Source: a virus
Direction: 5' to 3' (one strand)
Length of the DNA stretch: 64,000 bases
Virus record (IMG/VR): IMGVR_UViG_3300025383_000010
Part shown: positions 38,942-49,125 of the stretch, one piece after another
Layout of the letters: each line of letters starts with the position of its first letter
Numbering within the stretch: position 1 is the stretch's first letter
Notes under the pieces: model-generated
Told to the model about the DNA's origin: nothing
Databases searched by the model: none
What the model saw: only the letters and a program-made list of their open reading frames with translations
Program-made: the position numbers and the translations under genes

Positions 38942-41110
38942 TTAAATGCCCTTGAGCATATCAATCGCATTGATATATTCAGCAATGGACTTGTAATCAC
39001 GGAAGTAACGAGTCAGTTCATTGATGAGCGGATAACGCGACCGAACATTCTGCATTTCAGTATTGTACTTAGCAATTTCGTCGGTGACGTTAACATTTCC
39101 TGCGGTCACGTTGTAGATAGTGCAGAGCGTCTGGAAACCCTGACGAGCCGACTTATTCACAGCATTGACAGTAGCAAACTCATTGTACATCTTGAGATAT
39201 GGGCTATTAGTATTCGTAATCTCATTCTGCACATAGGGGAACTTGAAGTATTCGGTGTGACCGATAGCTTCCTTAACGATACCCTTAACGTCAAGCGCAC
39301 CCTGCTGAGCCAGCTTTGCCGAAACATATTCGTCAAGATTGACCCAGTTAGACTTACCCTGAACACTTTCAAGGTCAGCCTTACGAACACCATAGACCGT
39401 TTCAGTCAAGATGCCCGAATCCCTAAGAGCCTTCGCAAAAGACTTCATATCATAGTCCTTAGCGACACCCTGAGCCTGAAAACCGCTCATGGGCAGATAA
39501 TAGTAAGTCTTGCTATCATCAAATGCAGCAAGCGAACCAGCATCGCGCCAGACCATATCGTTGCTACGCATGTAACCCTTGTTGTCACGCTTTTCAAGAT
39601 GCAGGATAGAAACGTCCTTGCCCATACCAGCAGCACGTTCCTTCTGCATCAGCGTAGAAGCCTTGCGAATCTGCGTAGCAGGAGGAGTAGAAAGAGCGTT
39701 GAAGAATGCCTTAGTACGCATATCCTTCTTCTTGTCAGCCTTCTCAAGGACGTAGACATAATCATTACCGCCCATGCCCTTAACAGTCTTCCAGTGATAC
39801 TTAGCACGATTACCAGCACCGACCGTAGTATCGTTAATGACAAACTGTGTAGTGTCAGCTACCTGAATCGACCAATGCGGAGTGGAGTCCCTATAGCCCT
39901 TAGTGTTGTCATAGACATTCTGCATAAGAAGCGTAGAAGCAACACGATCACCATAGTAGCTACCGCGCATTTTGAAAGCAGTGATCTTGATATTGAACTT
40001 CTTCGCCAGAGTATCTTCGGAGAAGTAAAAGGTCTTGCCATCACCATAGCGATTAGCGTTGATCAGATCAAAGCCAGTGTCAGCAAGGTACTTCTGAACC
40101 GCAGCATTCCAAAGCGAGGTGTTCATGCGAGTGCGAAGACGATAAGCCTTTTCCCACGGATTCTTGATAGCAGCGATTTCTTCTGCGATGCGATCAGCAA
40201 GCACCTCATTCAGTGCTTCCAGCTTTGCCTTGATAGCAGCAATCGTTTCAGGAATGTAAGACAGACCTTCACGCGAAGCCTGAATATCAAGTTCACCAAT
40301 ACCAAACTCAATGGCCAGCCCGCAAGTCAATAGGTGCTCAAGATCACCGAGGTCAGCATTCGCAGGAACCTGCAGGGGGTATTCAATGTTACCCATGATA
40401 GCATAGCTATATCCGTTGCGGGTGCTAGCAGTAGAATGTACGCCCGGGATAATATCACGGTCAGTGTACTCGGGTTCAATGAACGTGAATCCACCGATAC
40501 CGCCAGAGACTACAGGACGCAGCTTGAAATGCTTGTAAACGTGACGAGCTTCTTCCTGAAACTTACGGAAGTCCAGCGAGTCTTCAACAGCAAAGCGAAT
40601 CTCAACACCAGCAGGCTCATTGGAACCTTCTTCACCCATCGGGGCAATCGAAGGAACACCCTGATCATTGATGAATGCAGTGTAGACACGCTTGATGCCA
40701 TTCTTGACGGCAACGATAGTGAAATTGTCAGTGAAGCTGAAAGCAGACTTGGAACCGAGGCCCAGCCCACCAATCAGTTCATCAGTGCCAGTCTTAGTGG
40801 ATTCAAAGTAAGTAGTGAAGATGTTGCGAACCTGCTGTTCATCAAGACCCACACCATAGTCACGGATTGAGAACCAAGGTTCAAGCGAGTTGGGAAGATG
40901 AACATCAAAAGGAGTATCAGTGTTGCCTGCTTCAACGTGCGAGTCAACAGCATTGCACGAGTATTCGCGGATGATAGCGCGAATCTTGTTAGCATAAAGA
41001 CCAGACGAAAGAATGCCAAACGCCTTAGCACTATTGCGAATACGGAACTCGCCAACCTCACCGACGTTCGAAAGAACCGGTTCGTTGTCAATCTTATTCT
41101 TGATAATCAT
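38942..41110 (-). CDS. rIIA: rIIA-like protein (GHKL ATPase N-terminus)
   Basis: LY..K..A.IRE..CNA.D.H, DYGVG, STK, GGLGLGSKS. Confidence 0.9.
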   Translation of the reverse strand: MIIKNKIDNEPVLSNVGEVGEFRIRNSAKAFGILSSGLYANKIRAIIREYSCNAVDSHVEAGNTDTPFDVHLPNSLEPWFSIRDYGVGLDEQQVRNIFTTYFESTKTGTDELIGGLGLGSKSAFSFTDNFTIVAVKNGIKRVYTAFINDQGVPSIAPMGEEGSNEPAGVEIRFAVEDSLDFRKFQEEARHVYKHFKLRPVVSGGIGGFTFIEPEYTDRDIIPGVHSTASTRNGYSYAIMGNIEYPLQVPANADLGDLEHLLTCGLAIEFGIGELDIQASREGLSYIPETIAAIKAKLEALNEVLADRIAEEIAAIKNPWEKAYRLRTRMNTSLWNAAVQKYLADTGFDLINANRYGDGKTFYFSEDTLAKKFNIKITAFKMRGSYYGDRVASTLLMQNVYDNTKGYRDSTPHWSIQVADTTQFVINDTTVGAGNRAKYHWKTVKGMGGNDYVYVLEKADKKKDMRTKAFFNALSTPPATQIRKASTLMQKERAAGMGKDVSILHLEKRDNKGYMRSNDMVWRDAGSLAAFDDSKTYYYLPMSGFQAQGVAKDYDMKSFAKALRDSGILTETVYGVRKADLESVQGKSNWVNLDEYVSAKLAQQGALDVKGIVKEAIGHTEYFKFPYVQNEITNTNSPYLKMYNEFATVNAVNKSARQGFQTLCTIYNVTAGNVNVTDEIAKYNTEMQNVRSRYPLINELTRYFRDYKSIAEYINAIDMLKGI

Positions 41111-41185
41111 GTGTGTCTTTCTCTGTCTTGATATATTACTTATATCAAAATGGGTAACGGGTGTCAACCAAAAAATGAAGAAAAC

Positions 41186-41404
41186 TTAAAAAAATCGTAC
41201 AGCACAACCTGCCATGTAGATGACCAACAGACCTGCATTCACTGCAATCAAAGCAGTCTCGCGCATACGCACAGCAGCAATGAGCCAAGCAATAGAACCT
41301 ATGTTGAACAGTACAACGTTGAGCGGATCAACACTTGCAGAAGTAGCGATAGCGCCACCAATCGTACACAATGTACCAACCCACTTGAGGGTATTATCAA
41401 GCAT
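41186..41404 (-). CDS. Small membrane protein
   Basis: Three hydrophobic segments. Confidence 0.7.
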   Translation of the reverse strand: MLDNTLKWVGTLCTIGGAIATSASVDPLNVVLFNIGSIAWLIAAVRMRETALIAVNAGLLVIYMAGCAVRFF

Positions 41405-41416
41405 TATGATTACTCC

Positions 41417-41731
41417 TTAGCCGGGATAACGAGTGGGCTTACGAACGATACGACCATCCTCATAGATTTCCAGGTCGAAGTTATCATCCTCAGGGTCAGC
41501 AACAGTGTAGAACCAGCCGCCGCCCTTACGGAACGAGCTTAGCCAAGTCTTGGCGCCATACTTGGTCCAGAACCACTGACCGCGATCAGGACCGGTATAG
41601 CTATAATCACGAGCATTTCGAGCGCCCTTCTGATAGCCGATGAAGTCTTTGACCAGGATCACAGTAATTGCAACAAACACAAAAGCAACAATACCCGAAA
41701 CGATCATACCGACGATAGTGAAAAACGACAT
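41417..41731 (-). CDS. Membrane-anchored hypothetical protein
   Basis: N-terminal TM; early promoter near 41758-41786. Confidence 0.7.
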   Translation of the reverse strand: MSFFTIVGMIVSGIVAFVFVAITVILVKDFIGYQKGARNARDYSYTGPDRGQWFWTKYGAKTWLSSFRKGGGWFYTVADPEDDNFDLEIYEDGRIVRKPTRYPG

Positions 41732-41804
41732 ATCAGTGTCTCCTTGCTATACATTCGTTATAACAGTTTTGGGCAACCGTGTCAACCAAAATCGTGCCAG
41801 CCAC

Positions 41805-41836
41805 AAAAAAAGGTAGGGCCGATTAAGACCCTACCT
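41805..41836 (-). terminator. Intrinsic terminator
   Basis: AGGTAGGG..GATTAA..CCCTACCT with A-run (U-tract on minus strand). Confidence 0.75.
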
Positions 41837-41846
41837 AATTTGTTTG

Positions 41847-42488
41847 TTATACGTTTCTCACATAGAATATATGTGCACCAATCTGTGCTAAACGCTCAAC
41901 ATGTCTCCAACGAGGGTGAACATAGTTTGCGTGATAGTACAATGCACTTTCCATTCCCTTGACTCTAACGCCATTTTCAAGAGCATTCTTTGCTACTCTA
42001 ACGCTTTCGTTCCACATTTCTCCCTTAGGGTGTGTCCAGCGCATTCTATGATTGTTAGTCCAAGAGAACTGATTTCTAGCCATTACCACATCACAAACCC
42101 TTCCGGCGAACTTAGGATCGCGGGTTCTATTGATAGTGACTTGTGCTACTGCTAACTTGCCCTTTTCGGACTGATTGCCAGCTTCGTGGTAGATATTCTT
42201 AGCCATACAGAACAAATCGTTCTTTGAGTAATGAATCTTATCTGTTGTTTCCACGACTGACAGGAATTTAGCCTTCTTGTAGCCTAGTTCAATTTGTTTT
42301 TCTTTTATTTTTACTGGCGAGATTTGTACTAACTGGGGATGCGGCTGCACCGTGTGATATTGTGTTAGTACGCCAGTTGCTGCGTGTGCTGTACTATAGT
42401 TGTGCCAACCGATTAATAGTGCAAGTGAGGCAACAATTAACTTTACACCATTGACTACATCAGTAGTCTTTAGTTGAGAATTATACAT
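41847..42488 (-). CDS. Cell wall hydrolase (SleB/Hydrolase_2)
   Basis: CMAKNIYHEA, AVAQV..NR, QFSW, YYHA.YV.P.W, IGAHIFY. Confidence 0.9.
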   Translation of the reverse strand: MYNSQLKTTDVVNGVKLIVASLALLIGWHNYSTAHAATGVLTQYHTVQPHPQLVQISPVKIKEKQIELGYKKAKFLSVVETTDKIHYSKNDLFCMAKNIYHEAGNQSEKGKLAVAQVTINRTRDPKFAGRVCDVVMARNQFSWTNNHRMRWTHPKGEMWNESVRVAKNALENGVRVKGMESALYYHANYVHPRWRHVERLAQIGAHIFYVRNV

Positions 42489-42767
42489 TTTATTTCCTTA
42501 ATTGGGCCGCTCTATGATACGATGGGTATATTGTATTGTCCTTCTAATGGGACACCCTATCTATCTACTAAAGTAGCTCTTCCGACGATCAGAATAAGAA
42601 ACAGGATATATCCTTTGTGTTTCTTACTATGTGATCGTGCGGCAATCAACTGAAATATCAGTCAATCGAAACCAGTGTATAAAGCTGGTCTCTTGTGTCA
42701 GAATTCTCACAACTGACACTAATACTTAGTGGCTTAGCGCCACTATAATATGCTTTTATTGGTAGTT

Positions 42768-43076
42768 TTAGTCTTCGCTCATCGCAAATTCTACACGCTT
42801 CACCGACCGAATCGTGAAACTGCGCCAGCTATTTGCGTCAAGATCATAGACTGCCATTGTAGAATCCGAAGTTTTGCGCGGCTTTGCATCTTCCTTAATT
42901 TCCTGCACAGGGAGAAGATCAGGTTGAAGCGTACACTTCATAACACGTTCAGTGCCATCCTTCTTAGTAAAGGTAACAGTTGCGCCTGCTGTATAAATCA
43001 CACCCTTCAACCACTTAGAAAAGATATCCCAATCGTGATCATTGAAGTTAATTTCGGGTTCGTAGGTATTCATCAT
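42768..43076 (-). CDS. WYL_2/Sm-like SH3 phage protein
   Basis: VTFTKKDGTER.M.CTL; V.D.....WRSF. Confidence 0.7.
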   Translation of the reverse strand: MMNTYEPEINFNDHDWDIFSKWLKGVIYTAGATVTFTKKDGTERVMKCTLQPDLLPVQEIKEDAKPRKTSDSTMAVYDLDANSWRSFTIRSVKRVEFAMSED

Positions 43077-43108
43077 TTCTTTTTTCTTTCTTACGTTAAA
43101 GAGATAAT

Positions 43109-43354
43109 TTAGTCTCGCTTGAGCAGAAACATAGTTAGATAAGGTCCATCGACCTTCACAACATCTTTAGGGGGACGAATAGTAGTGTCTTCACGATCCT
43201 TCTGCCAGCCCCGATCATGCCGAAATGCAACTCTAACGTTCTTGTTAGTCAATTTAGTGACTCTACCAAGTTGCAGTTCTCGTCCGTTGGGGATAACGAA
43301 AATAACGCTATCCCCAACTTCAATATCACGGCCAAGATAATCTCTATGTTCCAT
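43109..43354 (-). CDS. Hypothetical SH3-like protein
   Basis: D.LGR.I.VGD.V. Confidence 0.7.
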   Translation of the reverse strand: MEHRDYLGRDIEVGDSVIFVIPNGRELQLGRVTKLTNKNVRVAFRHDRGWQKDREDTTIRPPKDVVKVDGPYLTMFLLKRD

Positions 43355-43356
43355 AG

Positions 43357-43689
43357 TTAAATCTTAGGCTCTTTAGGCATAGTTAGCTTCAACGTCTTGC
43401 GATCAGCTTCGGACAGTCGGTTCCAAGCATTCAGCTTAATATGATACTTGTCCCACGCTTCCTTACGCTTGTTTACCGTTTCAGTAGCAGCCTTAACGAC
43501 CTTGCCCCACCATGCACGGCTTTCATCATCACGCAAGAACAAGAAAGTAGCATGACCGCTCTTAACAAGCTGAACCATCGTCTTGCGAAGGATACGCTCG
43601 TTTTGATTGATATAGTTCTTCTTTTCAGTGTTACGAAGGATTTCTTCGTAAACTTCGGGTGCGATCTGGAGTTCAGTATCTTCGCTCAT
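43357..43689 (-). CDS. Hypothetical protein
   Basis: C-terminus AWNRLSEADRKTL similar to neighbour. Confidence 0.7.
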   Translation of the reverse strand: MSEDTELQIAPEVYEEILRNTEKKNYINQNERILRKTMVQLVKSGHATFLFLRDDESRAWWGKVVKAATETVNKRKEAWDKYHIKLNAWNRLSEADRKTLKLTMPKEPKI

Positions 43690-44039
43690 CGGTGATATCC
43701 TTTCTTGTTAAGACCAAACGCAGCAAGTTCTTCTGGAGTCAACTTCGCAACAACTTCTGCACGAGCGGCATCTTCCAGCTTCTTCTTTTCGGCAGCCTTC
43801 TGCCTACGAATCTTTTCCTGCTCAGCCTTCTTGAGCTTATCTGCACGTTCACTCTGCACAGTGTACCAGTACTGGCGAACAGTTGCGTTCTTACGAATAA
43901 GTTCCGCAAACTCAACACCATCAGCATATGCTTCAAGCAATGCAGTAGCAACATCGTCACCGCGAGTTCGGTATCTATCGTTGTAATACGGCATTTTTAA
44001 CTCCCTTGGTTCAAATGAACACCATTCATCTTCAAACAT
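43686..44039 (-). CDS. Hypothetical protein (start uncertain)
   Basis: C-terminus AKLTPEELAAFGL. Confidence 0.65.
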   Translation of the reverse strand: MFEDEWCSFEPRELKMPYYNDRYRTRGDDVATALLEAYADGVEFAELIRKNATVRQYWYTVQSERADKLKKAEQEKIRRQKAAEKKKLEDAARAEVVAKLTPEELAAFGLNKKGYHR

Positions 44040-44084
44040 TATTGTAGTCTCACTATAACATATAATGTGAGGAGTGTCAACCCC

Positions 44085-44666
44085 TCACATTATAGGTCCG
44101 TTACCATTTCTGAAACCGACAGTTCCACCCTGATCCTTGATCTTCTGCAATACTTCTTCAAACAGAATCGGACGGTAGTCAGTCTGCTCAACGCAAACGC
44201 AGAAGTAATCTGGATCAATCACGAGAGGACCAATACCATTGATTTCTTGTTTCATAACACGATTACCATGAGTGTGACCATGAATGTTAGCACCGAAACG
44301 AGCGATGCTGTCCTTATGCACAGGAATATGACTCAGGATACAACCATTCATAACATGATAAGCACGAATGTCACGAAAGTACTTCGTGTAGTCAGACAGC
44401 TTAAAGATGTCGTGATTGCCTTTGATCAGAACCTTATCACCATTCAGACGATCCAGGATCTGCAGGCTCTTGCGATTGATGACAACATCGCCCAGGTGAT
44501 AGACTTTATCTTTGGGACCAACGGTTTCGTTCCACCGTTTGATCATTTCTTCGTCCATTTCATTCACATCGTCCCATGGACGCACAGGCGAGCCATCGTA
44601 GTTCGTGAACTGGCAGATGCCCTTATGACCAAAGTGAGTGTCGCTGGTCAGAAAAACTGATGGCAT
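44085..44666 (-). CDS. Calcineurin-like metallophosphoesterase
   Basis: SDTHFGH, HLGD, GNHD, SH.P, HGHTH. Confidence 0.9.
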   Translation of the reverse strand: MPSVFLTSDTHFGHKGICQFTNYDGSPVRPWDDVNEMDEEMIKRWNETVGPKDKVYHLGDVVINRKSLQILDRLNGDKVLIKGNHDIFKLSDYTKYFRDIRAYHVMNGCILSHIPVHKDSIARFGANIHGHTHGNRVMKQEINGIGPLVIDPDYFCVCVEQTDYRPILFEEVLQKIKDQGGTVGFRNGNGPIM

Positions 44667-44844
44667 GTTTAATTCCTTTCTATAACTGTTATACAATGTT
44701 TTGGGCATAGTGTCAAGCACTAAATGCTATTATTCAATTTGTTTTTAAAAAGTTTGTGGGGAAGGGTCTCGGTACCATTTCGCTCTAAGCATTAGCTGAG
44801 CCGGCGAGAAAAGATAAAGCACCAATGTGCTAGATAGTTATGAA

Positions 44845-45357
44845 TTAGAATGGTATGTTTACGTCACCGTACCACTGACCTTCTGTACGCATTCTACGAA
44901 TGAAGGTGCAGTAAACACTAACAGCACCATAACAGCGTAGCTTAGCAGTACTCAACAATCCACGATCTACAATCTCAGGAAGAAATACAATGCTTGTAGC
45001 GTTGTCGATAGGTACATTGCCCGGTACCATTTGCTGACCACCTGTTACATCAGCAGGTGTTGATTCTGTGTCATTTGAAAACTGAAAAACATGAGGATAT
45101 AGTTTTCTTGGCTGTGCTAATAGATAAGCATAAGCATCATCATTGCGACAGTTCAACCAAAAACGATTGCCTTGAAGGTACTTGTCAGTGACTTGTATTG
45201 GATTGTTTTCAGTACCAATGCAGAGAACATCATCTATTCTCCATACATCAGCCACGACGGAATAACCATTGTTGAATGCTTGACCCAACTGGTTAGGTGT
45301 GTTAGCAGATTCAAAGTTCTGCCCATCGTATATACCTTGGTATGAAATTATTTGCAT
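44845..45357 (-). CDS. Degenerate GDPD/PLC-like phosphodiesterase-fold protein
   Basis: IISY.G, N.P, G..V..DVW; catalytic residues appear altered. Confidence 0.5.
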   Translation of the reverse strand: MQIISYQGIYDGQNFESANTPNQLGQAFNNGYSVVADVWRIDDVLCIGTENNPIQVTDKYLQGNRFWLNCRNDDAYAYLLAQPRKLYPHVFQFSNDTESTPADVTGGQQMVPGNVPIDNATSIVFLPEIVDRGLLSTAKLRCYGAVSVYCTFIRRMRTEGQWYGDVNIPF

Positions 45358-45372
45358 AATGTATTTATGCTG

Positions 45373-45768
45373 TTATCTTAGTGGAAGCCCTCTTGCTGCT
45401 CTACCATTGCCCTTATTTCTTCCTCCAAAAGTAGGAGATTGACTATGGCAGTTAGGACAAATCAATCGCAAATTATCGGGCATATTGTTTGAAGCATTGC
45501 CGTCAATATGATCTACTTGTAATGTGATAGGGAGATTGTTGTATTCGCTTATGCTACATTCACTACACGAATATCCTACTGTTTCAGTGAGCAATCGCCG
45601 TAGAATAGGTCTTTCTGCAACCTGTCCTAACAAGAAACGCTGTTTAGTTTCTTTCAATTTATATTCTCCGCAGCACTTGTTGCTACAGAAAACATTGGTT
45701 TTTTGGTGAGACCACTTAGATTCGGATCCGCAGTTTTTGCACAGATATGTTTTGGTAGAGTTTCGCAT
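45373..45768 (-). CDS. HNH endonuclease
   Basis: LQVDHIDGN..NN...NLRLICPNCH. Confidence 0.9.
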   Translation of the reverse strand: MRNSTKTYLCKNCGSESKWSHQKTNVFCSNKCCGEYKLKETKQRFLLGQVAERPILRRLLTETVGYSCSECSISEYNNLPITLQVDHIDGNASNNMPDNLRLICPNCHSQSPTFGGRNKGNGRAARGLPLR

Positions 45769-45817
45769 AAGAGTATTTATACTCTACCTAATAAAACTGC
45801 TATTTAAGTGATAAGTT

Positions 45818-45892
45818 TGGAGCGGGTGAGCGGATTCGAACCGCCGACAGCTTCGTTGGCAACGAAGGGCTCTACCACTGAGCTACACCCGC
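45818..45892 (-). tRNA. tRNA-Gly(GCC)
   Basis: Cloverleaf, CCA end. Confidence 0.9.
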
Positions 45893-46050
45893 AAGAGTGT
45901 ATTAACTTTTAGAAACACTAGTCCTGCAATAGCCTGGGTCGGGCATTTATCGTCTTTGACAGCAGTTCGTAGTGTATGACTTGCATAGCGCCCATATTCG
46001 TTAGCCTATTTGTTCGCTTGATTTCTCAAGTATGCAAGTTATCTAAACTT

Positions 46051-46124
46051 TGGAGCGGTATGCGGGAATCGAACCCGCGTACTCAGCTTGGAAGGCTGCT
46101 GCACTACCATTGTGCTAATACCGC
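46051..46124 (-). tRNA. tRNA-Gly(UCC)
   Basis: Cloverleaf, CCA end. Confidence 0.9.
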
Positions 46125-46125
46125 T

Positions 46126-46204
46126 TGGTTGCGGGGGTCGGATTTGAACCGACGATTTCCGGCTTATGAGACCAGCGAGGACGACCAGACTCCTCTACCC
46201 CACG
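46126..46204 (-). tRNA. tRNA-Met(CAU), initiator-like
   Basis: C1.A72 mismatch, CAT anticodon. Confidence 0.85.
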
Positions 46205-46211
46205 ACACTAA

Positions 46212-46270
46212 ACTATTTTGAAGAACACACAAACAATTTTGGGAGGTGCATATGTGTTCATCAAAATAGT
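46212..46270 (-). ncRNA. Closing-stem RNA A
   Basis: ACUAUUUUGA-U-GAACACA / UGUGUUC-U-UCAAAAUAGU. Confidence 0.55.
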
Positions 46271-46279
46271 CTAATATTA

Positions 46280-47125
46280 TTTATCTTTTGTACAGCCTGA
46301 GATTACAGCTTTAGACGAGTGACTTTGGTCATTACCGAATCCCTTGCGAGGACCGTTCTACCGTTATCCACTAGAGCTTGTTACAGTCATCTAGTATCAC
46401 TCAATGCTGCCTTTTTGAGAGTCTGGCGTTTGACTCGTCGCACTATGCTATTCGACCATCTATCTTTCGTTAGCCTTGCGGGCTATTCACAGTCGCTAAA
46501 CCGTTACGCTTTCTTTCCGATCAATCAGTTCGGCCTTGCGGGCTTCCCTGAACCTCATTCCCTTGCGAGTGAGGTATTAAGCACCTTTCACATAGTACCG
46601 GAGCAGTCTTTCGCTTTTGTTTATCAAATTAGGATTTGAACCTAAGCCGATCCATTAGAAGTGGATTACTCTACCGCTGAGTTATTTGCGAACCTACCAA
46701 GATGTGCTGCTCCAGTTGCTCCATACCTTGTTAGATACAGAATACAACACACCTCATGTCTTTTGCCTTGCGGGCTACTCAACCATACTTCACGGATCCG
46801 GAGCAAGTGTCCTCCTTCTTCGTTTGTATTGCTATCTTGCCTTTCCTTGCGAGGTCAGACTCAATAACTACCTGTTAACCTTCGATATTCGTCAGTTTGG
46901 CTGTACATCGTGAGAGCGCCAACCCTCTTATCTACTCACCGATTTGGCTCTGTAGACTATCCCCTTCGGGACGCTATACCTGACTTACTACCTACCGCCT
47001 TTCTACGGACGGGCCTTTCGGCTAGTTCAGGCTTGCATAGATGGACTCTTACGAGCGCAAGTTTATAGGAAACCTTGCTTTAGGCACATTACTGTGCTTA
47101 CCCTAATGAGGCTATGCCCCCAATT
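46280..47125 (-). ncRNA. Large structured RNA, GOLLD-like candidate
   Basis: ~850 nt with no credible ORF; about 9 GNRA-capped hairpins on the minus strand; dedicated promoter; adjacent to tRNAs. Confidence 0.6.
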
Positions 47126-47136
47126 CTTATATTCAA

Positions 47137-47205
47137 TTTTCAAAGAGCTAAGACAATCTCTTGTCTTGATAAACTCATTATATCAAAGTTCGTAACCGTT
47201 GTCAA
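47137..47205 (-). promoter_or_regulatory. Consensus promoter with boxB-like hairpin and boxA
   Basis: TTGACA-17-TATAAT; AAGACAA-GAGA-TTGTCTT; GCTCTTTGAAAA. Confidence 0.75.
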
Positions 47206-47491
47206 GAACTTTTTTGCCTATTTACGAAAAAAGTTTGGAAGAGAAAGAGTAAGTGATAGACAAAGCAATATGCAGCGACCAACCCAAAGGGTAAAATCTA
47301 TACACACTGAACACTAAACAAACTGCAAAATAGCGTATGTCCAAGCAAGCAATTCACAAAGTTGAATAAAGCCTGGTTCATGCTATTATAAGCGTTTCGA
47401 GCGCCGTGCTGTAAAGTATCATCCGATACCAGGGTGTCTACTCTAATCTCTCTTTCTCTCCCCGGTAACATCCGAAGATGCTACCAAACTG

Positions 47492-48052
47492 TTAGAGGAT
47501 ATCCTCGTTAGTCAGTGTTGCAACTGTCTCGTCGGACAGTTCAATGGTCGTGCGAACATTAAGTTCAAGCAACTCATCCTGCAACTTCTGCTTTTCCTTC
47601 TTTGCCTTGACAGCAAGACGATTAAGGGTCTTGATGTCATTCTGGGTAAAGATAGAAGTTTCTACTTCTGCCTTAGCATAGTAGCTATCTTCCGTGCGGT
47701 TGGCAATCTTCACGAGCTTGCCACGAATGACTTCACCGTCCAAACGTTCCTTAGCCTTGCTATAAGCAGTGAAGAAAGTTACTTCCTTCTCTAGAAAAGC
47801 AAGATCAGCGAGACGACCATCAATGTCGTTAGTTGCGTTAGCAGATGCAGTTGCTTTGCGGATCTCATAGAGACTACGGAGCAGTGCATTACGACGGTTG
47901 ATGTTATCAAAGAAGGTCGTTGACGCAGCAGCGATCACTTCTTCTGGCTTCTGGAATTCATTGATGCTGACATCAGCCTTGAATTCAAGGCCCTTAAGAG
48001 CTTCGTTGATTGCGATCTGGATTGCATTTGCCTTACGTAGTGAAACTTGCAT
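47492..48052 (-). CDS. Hypothetical coiled-coil protein
   Basis: ORF track. Confidence 0.75.
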   Translation of the reverse strand: MQVSLRKANAIQIAINEALKGLEFKADVSINEFQKPEEVIAAASTTFFDNINRRNALLRSLYEIRKATASANATNDIDGRLADLAFLEKEVTFFTAYSKAKERLDGEVIRGKLVKIANRTEDSYYAKAEVETSIFTQNDIKTLNRLAVKAKKEKQKLQDELLELNVRTTIELSDETVATLTNEDIL

Positions 48053-48122
48053 TCTTCTTCCCTTTGTGTTTCATTGCTTATACTATAAACCAATATGATA
48101 ATCAATCATTTTGGGTAAACTT

Positions 48123-48199
48123 TGGTAGCAGTAGCAGGATCCGAACCTGCGACCTTCCGGATATGAGCCGGACGCTCTGACCAACTGAGCTATACTGCC
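48123..48199 (-). tRNA. tRNA-Met(CAU), elongator-like
   Basis: Cloverleaf. Confidence 0.85.
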
Positions 48200-48202
48200 A
48201 TA

Positions 48203-48580
48203 TTATGTAAAAGTCTTCAACGCTTTCAAATCGTCACCGATGTTGTCTTCACTGATAGGACCAAGACCAAGACAAGTCGTAGTTGGTTCATTGAACACAG
48301 TGAATCCAGCGTCAGTTACAAGACTCGTACCGCAGACATCCTTATACTTTTCCTGGAGAGCCTTAAGCTCATCAACAGTATCTACGATAAGAGTAATCTT
48401 GTAAGCACGGTCGCTATTCATGTATGCTCGTACTTGATCAATAAAGCACTTCTCAGGATTCAAAGAATCCCAATAAGCATGTAGATAAGCATGGCCTGCT
48501 TGAGTACACATCTTACCTCGAATACCTTTCATCTTTGCAACGCTCTCTTTGGCAAAGATAGCGTACATTTTGTATTTCAT
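48203..48580 (-). CDS. Peptidyl-tRNA hydrolase Pth2 family
   Basis: GK.CTQAGHA, KITL.V, V.DAG.T......T.LGLGP. Confidence 0.85.
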   Translation of the reverse strand: MKYKMYAIFAKESVAKMKGIRGKMCTQAGHAYLHAYWDSLNPEKCFIDQVRAYMNSDRAYKITLIVDTVDELKALQEKYKDVCGTSLVTDAGFTVFNEPTTTCLGLGPISEDNIGDDLKALKTFT

Positions 48581-48729
48581 AACATTCTCCACTATCAATA
48601 ATTTGCCATAAAATCACTGGGTAAACCTGAGGACTCTTGCCCCACCTTTTTATTATCATACACGCCGGCAACCCTGCAGCGTCAGGTGTACTCTCTCGCT
48701 ATAGCATATGCATCTGTTATAGCATGAAT

Positions 48730-48815
48730 TGGAGGACGTAGTGAGGCTCGAACTCACAAGGCATTTCTGCGGCAGATTAAGAGTCTGCTGGACCAACCAA
48801 TTGTCCAATACGTCC
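48730..48815 (-). tRNA. tRNA-Lys(CUU) with long variable arm
   Basis: GCAGA-CT-CTT-AA-TCTGC; 86 nt. Confidence 0.8.
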
Positions 48816-48904
48816 ATATAAACTGTCCGTTTTGTTTTCAACGACTACGGGGAGAACTTAATCTCCTTCAGGCATTGGTTCAGCAGACGGTACTGCTTAT
48901 TGAT

Positions 48905-49004
48905 AAAACAACTTAGAAGAACACAGACCCGCAATGCGGGAGTTGGTTGCTAACATTATGATATCTAAGAAAGCACTACCTACTGTGTTCATCTAAGTTG
49001 TTTT
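48905..49004 (-). ncRNA. Closing-stem RNA B
   Basis: AAAACAACUUAGA-U-GAACACAG / CUGUGUUC-U-UCUAAGUUGUUUU. Confidence 0.55.
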
Positions 49005-49125
49005 CAAGCAACGAGAAGCTAGTCCACTTAGCAATAACTAGCAATATACGAAAGACCATTCGGAGCTTCTCGTCACTTGATATACTAGATATACTATACT
49101 TCTCGTTGCTTGTCAACCGTTTTTT

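Noticed and set aside
38222-40870. Long plus-strand ORFs (226, 468, 178 aa) opposite rIIA/rIIB
   Set aside because: Antisense shadows of strongly codon-biased genes; no motifs or RBS.
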